Assembly (NCBI RefSeq): GCF_001194135.2
Contig: NC_068999.1
Location: forward strand, 3,459,647-3,523,646
DNA from: Octopus bimaculoides
Taxonomy: Eukaryota
Length of the DNA: 64,000 nt
Direction of reading: 5' to 3'
Shown: positions 53,564 to 64,000 of the stretch, in pieces
Position numbering within the stretch: the stretch's first letter is position 1
Layout of the letters: every line of letters starts with the position of its first letter
Position numbers and translations under genes: made by a program
The notes under the pieces: generated by a model
Database searches by the model: none
What the model was told of the DNA's origin: nothing
The model's input: the letters and a program-made list of their open reading frames with translations, nothing else

Positions 53564-54133
53564 AAAGCTGGAGATGTTTCAATGTATATGTACGTAAGTT
53601 ACAATTGGGACAACTCGTAATGCACTTGTTAGACATGGTTATATATGTAAGTATATATATATATATATATATATATAAGAGAGAACGAGGGAGAGAGAAA
53701 GGGAGAGAGAACGGGAGAGAGAGGAGAGAGAACGGGAGAGAGATAGAGAAGAATATATGTGTGTGTGTGAGTATGTGAGTATACATGCAATTATACATAT
53801 GTGTGTGTGTGTGTGTGTATATTCGTCTGAATGTGCGCATACACACACACACACACACACACTCTCTCACACATGCACACACACGCATACACACTCACAC
53901 ACGCACACACGCGCGTCTATCCAGTGCAGTAGAGATGAAGCTGTCCCAAATGTGACTTACGTACATAGCCTCAAAGATGGCGGCAGATTAATTAAAAACT
54001 GTAATGTCAGCAACAGAAGGACGGAGGAAGAGGGAAGTGAGAGGTGAGAGAGGAGGAGGAGAGAAAGAGAGAGAGAGAGAGAGTGAGAGAGAATGGTGAC
54101 AGATAAGCATCTATATAGAGAGGGAGAGTGACA

Positions 54134-54171
<38 letters not shown>

Positions 54172-54602
54172 GTATATATATATATNNNNNNNNNNNNNNN
54201 NNNNNNNNNNNNNNNNNNNNNNNNNNNNNNNNNNNNNNNNNNNNNNNNNNNNNNNNNNNNNNNNNNNNNNNNNNNNNNNNNNNNNNNNNNNNNNNNNNNN
54301 NNNNNNNNNNNNNNNNNNNNNNNNNNNNNNNNNNNNNNNNNNNNNNNNNNNNNNNNNNNNNNNNNNNNNNNNNNNNNNNNNNNNNNNNNNNNNNNNNNNN
54401 NNNNNNNNNNNNNNNNNNNNNNNNNNNNNNNNNNNNNNNNNNNNNNNNNNNNNCCACCTTCTTCTCTCACGCCTTGTAACTGTTAATGAGATGCAAATTT
54501 TATGCAGAAATGTTTCGTTGATATTTCAAACTGTTGTCTCAGCCAGCAAAACATGGAGTTGTTTTCACGTCCTATATTCTAGGGGATTGTCATTGCAACA
54601 GC

Positions 54603-54636
<34 letters not shown>

Positions 54637-54914
54637 TAATAATAATTGTTTGGTGACTAAGTCCAAGGAAGAGGAGGAGGAAGAGGAGGGTTAGGACACA
54701 CACGCACATACACACAGAAATACACATACAGACATCCTAATTTTATTTCCCCAACCTCGTTGATGTGTTAAGGTCAATTTAATCGGTGTTAATACTGAAC
54801 ACTAACCCTCAATGATTTTTGTGCTTTTTAGCTCTTAGCGACGCCTTCTGTGCCAAAATATAATAGACAATTTAGTGTTGATATCTTTAATGATGTGAAT
54901 ATTTCTGCTCGCTA

Positions 54915-55100
54915 CCTTCAATTTGGTTTTCAAACCTGTCCTTGGTTGGTCGTGAATGCTGGGTAATGGCCGAAAGAGTACGATCGCGACTAGAAGCGGC
55001 CGAGACGGGATTTAAAGTGACCTTCTCGAGACGCGTCGATTCATAAGGGCCGGTTTCCGTGGTGTGTGTATTCTCCATTCAGACGGGACGCCAGTCCATG
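54915..55100 (+). mobile_element. RTE-clade LINE remnant (RT C-terminal piece and 3' tail)
   Basis: GRECWVMAERVRSRLEAAETGF matches the RTE motif YGHE.WVM.ERVRSRIQAAEMGF. Confidence 0.6.
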
Positions 55101-55169
55101 GCTGGGAATCCAGCTGGAAAGTGTAATGACAGTTCCTTCTGATAAGACCCTATGCATGGAGGTGCCTGT

Positions 55170-55410
55170 GGAAGTGCGTGGCTTAGTGGTTAGGGTGTTG
55201 GACTCGTGCTCCTAAGATTGTGGTTTCGATAGCTGAACCTGGCGACGCGTTGTCTTCTTGAGCAAAACACTTCATTTCACATCGCTCCAGTCCACTCAGC
55301 CGGCAAAAATGAGTGACCCTGCGACGGACCGGCGTCCCGTCCAGGTGGGGAATATATATATGCCATGGAAACCGGAAAACCGGCCCTTATGAGCCTGGCA
55401 TAACTCGAGA
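55170..55410 (+). mobile_element. SINE family C copy
   Basis: GCGTGGCTTAGTGGTTAGGG...CTTGAGCAAAACACTTCATTTCAC...CCACTCAGC. Confidence 0.75.
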
Positions 55411-56071
55411 AGGTGACTCTACCCCAACGACCCCCCCAGGAATAATGAAAGGGTGAATAGATGGATGAATATTAATACACTAATAAGAAATAATTAAATG
55501 GCGAGGAAAGAACTACATTAGTTTAATGCGTAATAATATTTAAACTATTTAATCAAATAAGGGAGATAACCTAATCACTTTTCGACCTTATTAGAACTCC
55601 TCCGCAATGCATAGAATTTCAATTTGAATTGCACCACTCAACAGAAGATTATTACAGCGAATTAGACTGGGCTGTTGACAGTTAAGTATATTGTTCAAGG
55701 ACACAGTGGACACTGAACTCTATCAGCCAATAGGAGAACTGTGGGGCACCAGGACTACATACGAGATTATAATCAATGCGATGGGCTGAAGAACTTACCA
55801 GAAGGTGGGCCTCGAAAGAAGAAAGTAATAACATCTCAATAACAATTTAAATCAAAACGTACATACACACATGCGTGCATACATACATACATACATACAT
55901 ACATACATACATACATACATGTATACGTGCATGTCAACATCCTCATCATTTAACGTCCGTCTATGTGTGTTGTATGTACAAATGTCTGTATGTCCATGTA
56001 CATGTGTGTGTACGTGTGCATGTGTATGTCTGTGTATATGTACATAAATGTTTGCGTGTGTGTATGTACAT

Positions 56072-56115
<44 letters not shown>

Positions 56116-57513
56116 GTGTTAACAACGAAATGCATCAACAACCATTTTGAGAAGCGGTAAGTGAAAATCATTATCTTCCATTAATTATTATTTTCTAATT
56201 AAAAATACTTCAATGTTTAAGACTGTTGTCAATAACAGAACAGAGTAAATGGTGGCCGGGGGGGGGGAGTTAAGTTGAGGTGATGGTTTCATTTCCTGTA
56301 TGAAGTGATTTCACATCACTCTTTCCAAGTATATTCCGGAGAAAAGAAATCCTATCACATATTACATGCCAGTAAAGTAGTGAGTTTGGTTGTGATTCTA
56401 CGTGTTGTTACTTAATTAAGCAACAGTACAGATTAATTAGATGTATATCTAATTAATTATTAACCCCATGACAGTGGTTTTTTATATCAACTTTACTAAG
56501 TTGCACTAACGGTAACTATCTCGACCAAGATCTGTATTTAGCGCACGACAACGGTTCGGCGTATATTTACGTCAACCACTTCAAAGCATGCACCGTTTAT
56601 TTATGCAAACTCATCACTACGAGGACCATAAATTCAACGAAACTGGCATGGCTGGATGCGACTAAATTCCGTGCAGGGCCAGAAGTATTTGGTGGACGTG
56701 TACGAATTTGATAGGAAGTCATAGTGGAAATGGTGGTGTAACGGCCAAAGCTGCTGCTTTTATGCTATCATGGCGACGAAGTCTCTGAGTTGGAAATATT
56801 TCCATGAAGATCCTAACAAACCTGTCAGACTCCTTGAAATTTGCACGATGCCGTGAGTGATAGCGGATATTTATATCAACCAGTGCACGAACAGGTACAA
56901 AACCACAGCAGATAGAGCTGTGTGTATTTTGGTCATCTCATTCAAAGCGAGTACACAGCGTACGTAAATTGATGTCAACCGATGGTTATGAGATTAATTG
57001 CTGGTAGGGACGCTGTATTTCGTTTGGCAACCATAATATACCACCAAGTGTATTAAAGGTTTACAAGTCAATATTGGGCCTTACTGGGTGTTAGCAGTGC
57101 GATATTCTCATTTGAAAGTTTATTTGTTTATCTTTTACTTGTTTCAGTCATTAGACTGCAGCCATGCTGGAGCACAATCCTGGAGGAATTTAGTCGAATG
57201 AATCGACCACAGTACTTTTCTTCTTTTTAAGCCTGGTATTTATTCTAACGTTCTCTTTTGTCGAACCGCTAAATTACGGGGACGTAAATACAACAATATC
57301 GGTTGTCAAGCAGTGGCAGGAGTAAGAAAAACACAGACGCAAACATAAATACACACACACATACACGCATACATACATAATACATACATACAGACATATA
57401 TNNNNNNNNNNNNNNNNNNNNNNNNNNNNNNNNNNNNNNNNNNNNNNNNNNNNNNNNNNNNNNNNNNNNNNNNNNNNNNNNNNNNNNNNNNNNNNNNNNT
57501 GTATATATATATA

Positions 57514-57728
57514 AGGCGAGCTGGCAGAAATGCTAGCACGCCAGGCAAAGTTCTTAGCGGTATTTCGTCTGTCTTTACGTTCTCAGTTCAAATACCGCCG
57601 AGGTCAACTTTACCTTTCATCCCTTTGGGGTCGATAAATTAAGTACCAGTTGCATACTGGGATCGATCTAATCGACTGGCCCCCTCCCCCGTCTCCCCAA
57701 ATTTGGGCCTTGTGCCTAGAGTAGAAAA
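57514..57728 (+). mobile_element. SINE family A copy
   Basis: AAGGCGAGCTGGCAGAAATGCTAGCACGCC...GTGCCTAGAGTAGAAAA. Confidence 0.8.
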
Positions 57729-59064
57729 CACACATACACACACACACACACACAAATGCCGAGTTTCTTTCAGTTTCTGTCTACCAAATCCACTGACAAG
57801 ACTTTGGTCGGCTGAACTTTCAGCGTTAGTACTGAATTCTAAAGGAAATCTGTAGAGACAAAAAAAAAAAGAAAAAAGAAAATGAGAGAGAATTTCTAAT
57901 TAAGATAAATTAACAGCAGAGTTAGTTAAATAAATGATTAATTATTTAGATTAGGAAGATGGAATGTAAATTAAGTGTTGTTGATGAGAAATATTCTCAC
58001 TGGAGGACACGTGTGTGTGGGCATGTATGTAGATTTGTATGTGTGTATGCATATAAGTATATATGTATTTATATATACACATATATGTGTGTGTATGTAT
58101 GTGAGTGTATATTTTAATATATGATTGACAAGCTTGTTTTTAAGACTGCGAGAGTATAATAGGTTAAATCTGCAGCAGCAGTAATAGTAGTAGTAGTAGT
58201 AGTAGTAGAAGAAGAAGAAGAAGAAGAAGAAGAAGAAGAACACAGTGTAGGCCACACTTGTATGTGTAACTGGACAAATTACCAGACAAGTGTAAACAGC
58301 TGCATATGTGAAGTAATTTGTTTCCTGGATTCTTAGCCAGGAATCGAAATTTTAGCCTAGATTTTTTCTTTAAATTCCTTTATATTGTTCTCGGCATCAC
58401 CTTTAGAAATTTATGAGATTTAACTATCATATTTGGATAAAAATGAATGTTTAACCGGAAATCTTAGGTTCAACGCAAATAATCTCTTCATTTTTCATTT
58501 TTCTCCGACCTGCGTCCAACTTCCCAACACGTATAAATACAGAACCCTAAATAGAATTCTTTCTCTTTTACCCAGTTCCTTACCGGAAGAGCATGCTCCC
58601 TACGAATATTTTCGCTTTTAGACACCGCACTTCTTTCTTCAACAAACCAGGCTCGCGATGCACATAAAGTAAGTTACCAAACTCAGTGCGTCCAGCATGT
58701 CTTTTGCAATTTGTCATCCTTGCTTGCTGACATCAGTTACACACGATCACATCAGACACACTAGACCACTGCACTTCTTTTAAGGCACCTCCCATAGAAT
58801 GTACGCTTGCGTCAGAAATTTCCCCGTTATGCCATGAATTGAGAACAGCACCCTCTCGCTTCGGCTCCTTTCAACGGAAGTTCCCAGCTGCTTCGGGCAC
58901 TGAATCACACACAAGTTCACCTAACGTTGTCCCCCAAGCCGACGCTGCATGCTATTCGAACCCACAAGAAGAGTGGTTCTCAACCGGGGTCCATATGACC
59001 TTTAGAGGTCCATATAAGATTTTGTTGTTAAAGTTTATGTACTCTTAATTGGTTATACTTGTAT

Positions 59065-59645
59065 TGCGTTCGGGGATTACCGCAAAGGTGTAAAATTCCA
59101 GTTTCGCACAGAAGGAGGTCTATTAAAACATGAAAGGGCAAAGTTTCAGATCAAAGAAAAAGATCAAGGAAAAGATCCTGCGAGACCTTCTATTTGCTGA
59201 TGATTGTGCTTTGATTTCTCACATGTTTGAGGGAATTCAGGAAACGGTCGACGAGTTTGCTGCGGCAGCTCGTAAATTTGGACCGACTATCTGCATCAAG
59301 CAGACGGAAGTTTTATTCCAACCAAGACATACTCAAGACTCAAACGTGATGATAGACAACAAGCCACTCAAATAGTCACTTAAATATCTTAGAAGCACAG
59401 TAAACTCTAAGAGAACTCTTGATGACGAAGTCAATGTTAGAATATCTATGGTTACAAGTGCTTTTGGAAAACTTTCCCATCGTTTATGGGAATGAACAGA
59501 ATGTCAGCCTGAAAACTAAGTGTAAACAAATCTTGCATTTTGAGCACAGTTTTGCATGGGACAGAAGCATGGACTCCCTACTACAGTCATACAAAGAAAC
59601 TTGAAACCTTCCGCATGTGCTGTTTGTGCCGCATTTGCAACACAA
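59065..59645 (+). mobile_element. RTE-clade LINE reverse-transcriptase fragment (pseudogenised)
   Basis: FRTEGGLL...LRDLLFADDCALISH...FAAAARKFG.TI.IKQTEVLFQP, followed by a degenerate FKYLGST-like region and AFGKL; contains stops and frameshifts. Confidence 0.85.
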
Positions 59646-59674
59646 AATGTTATCTAATATCAAAATACAAAATA

Positions 59675-59925
59675 CTGTTTTACTCTTTTACTTGTTTCAG
59701 TCATTAGACTATGGCCATGCTGGAGCACCACCTTTAGTCGAGCACATCGACACCAGGGCTTATACTTTGTAAGCCTAGTACTTATTTTATCGGTCTCTTT
59801 TGCCGAACCGCGAAGTTATGGGGACATAAGCACACCAACATCGATTGTCAAGCGATGGTGAGGGGACAAATACAGACACACAAATACATACATACATACA
59901 CACACACACATATATATATATATAA

Positions 59926-59984
<59 letters not shown>

Positions 59985-60152
59985 TATATATATGCATGAT
60001 GGGCTTCTTTCAGTTTCCGTCTACTAAATCCACTTACAAGGCTTTGGTCGGCCCGAACCTAAAGTAGAAGACATTTGTTCAAGGTGCCACGCAGTGGGAC
60101 TGAACCCGGAATCATGTGGTTGGAAAGCAAGATTCTTACCCCCACAGCTACT
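59675..60152 (-). mobile_element. SINE family B (tRNA head, CCTTGGGCAAG CORE-like box, internal microsatellite, LINE-like tail), near full length
   Basis: Shares head and tail with copies at 5051-5290, 14431-14586, 22830-23165, 24205-24340, 47938-47990 and 57120-57350. Confidence 0.8.
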
Positions 60153-60475
60153 CTTAATAACATTTAATTATGAAAATATATTGGGATTTTTGAAAACGTC
60201 AAATGGCTATTAGGGTCCAGTAGAGAAAAATAGGAATCAAAGGGGTTCATAGGCGAAAAAAAAGGGTTAAGAACCATCAGTTTAGACAAATCAAAGTAGC
60301 AGTGAGTGAGATCACATTCCGACTAATTTTGGGGTGGGGTGAGGTGGGGGCAGATTGTACCTTGATTAAATTAACTCTAGGTAGATGTTTAGTGCTTTGA
60401 TTTTAGCATCAATCCCTGGCGGAGGAAGACAAAACTAAACACTTCAGTTCCACTTGCCTGTAACTCTACAATCCC

Positions 60476-60522
<47 letters not shown>

Positions 60523-61789
60523 ACACACACACACACATACGCACACGCACACACACACACACGCCACAACCTTCAATAGATTTGTAATTAATAAAATTAT
60601 TCTTGAAGAATCTTGAAGTAATTTTTTGACATGTCTGGGTTTCTAAAATAAAACTTCATCATTAACCATTTGTTTATAATTAAACTGGTTTAGTTTACAT
60701 ATTAAATGTCTTAACTTAATTAGATGAGGTATTTATGGGGTCACGGAGCCTCGCAAGATTTTAGTTGAGGTATTTTTAAATTTCCTTTTCATTTCCTAAC
60801 AATTTTTTGATATGTTTTAAGACTTCGGAGACGAAAGGGGAAAAAAAATTAATTTTCAATTTCTTTCAATTTCAATTTTAATTCATTTAATTCGACCACA
60901 AAATTTCAATTTACAATGGATAAACAGACAAGGCAGAAAATAAAGCGCCCATAGGCGACGGTCAGTGACAGAGGCTAAAATTGGTGTTATGGCGCCGCGA
61001 GACCCCGTCTTGGGGTTTAATAAACTGAAACAAGACAACATCTATTGATTAAAGTCAATTGCTATATTTCGTTCGATTATTTCCAATATTGCATCAACAA
61101 CAGAAGTAAAATGATGTTAGTTGAAAAACAACAACAACAACAACAACAAAACGACACTGACGAGCCTCGTTTTCATTTAGTTTTTAATTGCTAATCAATC
61201 GGAAGCTATTAAGAATATTCTTTCACTTGGAATTAATTTCCAAGGTTTCTTTAATTCCATTCCACTATTTTTTTTTTTAAACGCTATTATTTCGAACAAA
61301 GAATTTTGAATAAAACCTGCCTTGAAGTAGTTCCGTTCCGTCTCTCAAGTCCTCAGCCCAGTAAACTCGATATATTAAATAGCAGTCACATATTGGGGGA
61401 CTGGAATTCGATCGATTACACCAACATCTCACTACCTGCAATTTGTGGCTCTTTGCCAAAAGAAATCAATAACAAGCTATTTAGGAATATTATTTTGCTT
61501 TGAATTAATTTTGAAGATTTCTTTTAATTCCATTCTATTTATTGTGTTGTTTTAAATACTATTATTTTTTCAACAAAGAATTTTAATTAATGGTTACTTC
61601 TATTCTGTCTAATTAGAGAGGCAATATCATTAATTAGCGATTTATAATTATTAAACGATTCTCTCTTCATGGTTCTGTTTTTATTGTTGCGATATATTTT
61701 ATAGAAGTGATCACTTTTAGAAAAATAATTTCTTTCTTTTATAAACATTGTTTTTACCGTTTCCATTTCGGCAGAAAAACACAATTTAT

Positions 61790-62100
61790 TCTGGTCAGAA
61801 GATTTACTCTGGACATAAAAACAATATTTGTTCTGTTCAGAAAACTAACAGTTTACTCTAAACAGCAGCTGAACGTAATTTATTGTGGTCAGAACAACGA
61901 AGTTTACTGCAGGCAGAACAACATGTACACTGGTCAGTACAATATTTACTCTGGACCAGAAGACTAATACTTTTACTGTGGTCAGAGGAATTAGATGCAA
62001 AGCAGTCAGAGGAACGAAAAATATTGTGGACAGAGGAACGAGATACAGTCTGGTGAGAGGAGCAAGGAGCCTATTTGCTCTGGTCAGAGACACTCCAGCA
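61790..62100. repeat. Degenerate ~21-bp minisatellite
   Basis: Recurring TTTACTCTGGTCAGAA-like units. Confidence 0.6.
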
Positions 62101-63261
62101 CATAAAGTAAGGCTGACTTTTGTGGAAGGAACTTGGATACTCAGACAGAAGTAAAGTTCTATGGAATCTCTATGAGTATATTTCTTCTGCCTATTTTATT
62201 CGTAATATATGTAGTAAGATTGTGGTTTCTATTCCTGGACCAGGCGATGGGTTGTGTTCTTATGCAAAACACTTCATTTCACGTTGCTCCAGTCCGCTTA
62301 GCTGGTGAAATGAGTTTAGCCTGGAACGGGGATGGGCTCCGCCAGGCTTTCTCGCCCTCGATACGCTGCATGGCTGCAAGCGCCCCAACGACCTCCAAGG
62401 GGGTTAAGGAACTTGTCAAGTGTCTTAAAATATTCATAGAGAGTTTACTCTTCCGGCAAGGAACCGGGTGAAAGAGGAAGAATTCTATATAATGTTCTGT
62501 ATCTGTACATGTTGGAAAGCTAGATATTGGTCGAAGAACAATGGAAAGTGAATATGTTATCTTTGTTGATCTGATATTAACATCAGATTTCCAGGAAAAT
62601 CCTGAAACTGATCTAAATATGATACTTGATTCTCATAAATTTCTAAATGGTAATGAATGCCGAGAAGAATAGAAAAGAGCGTACGAAACAATCGAGACTA
62701 AGAATGCAGGAAATGAACATCTTCATCACTCTTCTCCTTAAGTGAGTTTGTCAAAAACGAGCGATACTGGGAAAAATTACAGAAACGTGCCATTATGTGG
62801 GTCACCGTTGAAAACCACTGGTTGAAACTGAACAATATTGTTTCTTTCCTCAAGGACAAAGTCCTAGATTGAGAGAGAAAGAGAGCGAAAAAGAGAAAGA
62901 GAGAGGGATGTAAACAAAGCAGCACCGGTTGTCAAGCGGTGGGGGGGATCACAGAGAGAGAGATGAGGAAGGGAGAGAAGTAGACAGACGAATAAAGGAG
63001 GGAAGAGTGGGGTTGTATCATTGACTGAATGAAACTATCTTGATACATATTGCTGGTAAATTAGCTCCTCATTAGTAAACGACTAAATTAGTCAATCGGT
63101 AGTAAATGGCCAAAGTCATCCTTCGTTAGTAAAAGTTTATATAATCCTCTCGTTAATAAAAGACTTAATTAGTCCCGGAATGCTGAAAAATGAAACTAAC
63201 CAAAGATGGCACTCGCGCTTGGCCCTAATTATGTAAGTGTTTTCATTCAGGGAGAATTCAC

Positions 63262-63612
63262 AAAAAAAAAACAAAAAAAAAACAAAAGACGAAGACAGGT
63301 GGTGTAAACAACAAACAGATGTATTAGTTTAACGCTCGGGAAGTAAAAAAGTCTTTAACGTTTCGAGCCTACGCTCTTCCACAGAAAGGAACACAGAGAA
63401 TCAAGGAGAGAAAAAAGAAAGAATGTGTGGTGGCCCCAAAACGAAGAAAACACACAATAAGAAAAAAAACAACAACGCGAGTACGTGGAGCGTGCAAAAT
63501 ATTAAAAGATAGCTTTACGTTTCGAGCAAAAGCTCTTCTTGAGAAACAGGAGACAGAGGAAAGTCCAAAAGAAAAGGAAGACAGAGGAGAAAATCGCCAA
63601 CGATCCACATGT
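63262..63612 (-). mobile_element. Penelope-like terminal-repeat remnant with two tandem minimal hammerhead-like motifs
   Basis: The motif core-A-GAGC-N4-GCTC-GAA-ACGT-H occurs twice, at 63353-63388 and 63513-63547. Confidence 0.55.
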
Positions 63613-63620
63613 AGTTACAT

Positions 63621-63686
<66 letters not shown>

Positions 63687-63757
63687 CGCAGGTGTGGCTG
63701 TGTTGTAAGATGGTTGCNNNNNNNNNNNNNNNNNNNNNNNNNNNNNNNNNNNNNNNN

Positions 63758-63808
<51 letters not shown>

Positions 63809-64000
63809 CAGGCTTCTTTCAGTTTCCATTTATCACGTCCACTCAAAAGGCATAGAGTATAGGCCAAGTTTCAAAACAAAAAGAATATTCGATACTGGTA
63901 GTTATGGAATTTGAATTTGCAAAGGTAATGTTGATTGGTTTAACCGAAATAACAACATTCTAGACAGTTGAAACAAGAATTCATATTAATAATTATAATT

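Larger units (their letters stand above)
58972..60285. mobile_element. Possible hAT-type non-autonomous element split by the RTE fragment and a SINE
   Basis: The left end AGTGGTTCTCAACCGGGGTCC and right end GGGTTAAGAACCATC are roughly inverted. No matching 8-bp TSD was seen. Confidence 0.35.

Noticed and set aside
55785-55830. CTGAAGA...GAAA hammerhead-like words (and a similar set at about 55570-55610, minus)
   Set aside because: Stems I and III cannot be formed properly.
57958-57980. TGGAATGTAAA resembling miR-1/miR-206
   Set aside because: Only the first 11 nt match and no hairpin partner is present.
61790-62100. Regularly spaced repeats resembling a CRISPR array
   Set aside because: Eukaryotic context, degenerate tandem units without unique spacers, and no cas genes.

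Overview
Animal (eukaryotic) genomic DNA, very rich in microsatellites and with many N gaps. The SINE/LINE repertoire and microsatellite style suggest an octopod cephalopod (inference, no search run). Almost all supplied ORFs are (CA)n/(TA)n/triplet-repeat or N-gap artefacts. One host coding exon is recognisable: coding exon 1 of a glypican of the GPC3/5 (Dally) type on the minus strand (35670-35484; signal peptide, then ...RQSFHEITFNRSHVPDSPIL-G, phase-1 donor at the position of the vertebrate GPC3 exon-1 boundary). No exon 2 was found, so 1-35483 is probably one >35 kb first intron and 36-64 kb upstream/intergenic DNA. The rest is transposon material: three tRNA-derived SINE families, RTE-type 3' tails and RT fragments, a young R4/Dong LINE in a (TAA)n tract, maT (DD37D) and mariner fragments, and Tc1- and Tigger-type MITEs. 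The most unusual observations are several minimal hammerhead-ribozyme-like folds of the Penelope type, including an intronic, gene-sense one with a compensatory G3:C8 core swap (25526-25576). Others are a cluster of ~80-nt hairpins ~5.3 kb upstream of the glypican ATG, an overlapping uORF, and an apparent CpG-decay boundary inside the gene body.
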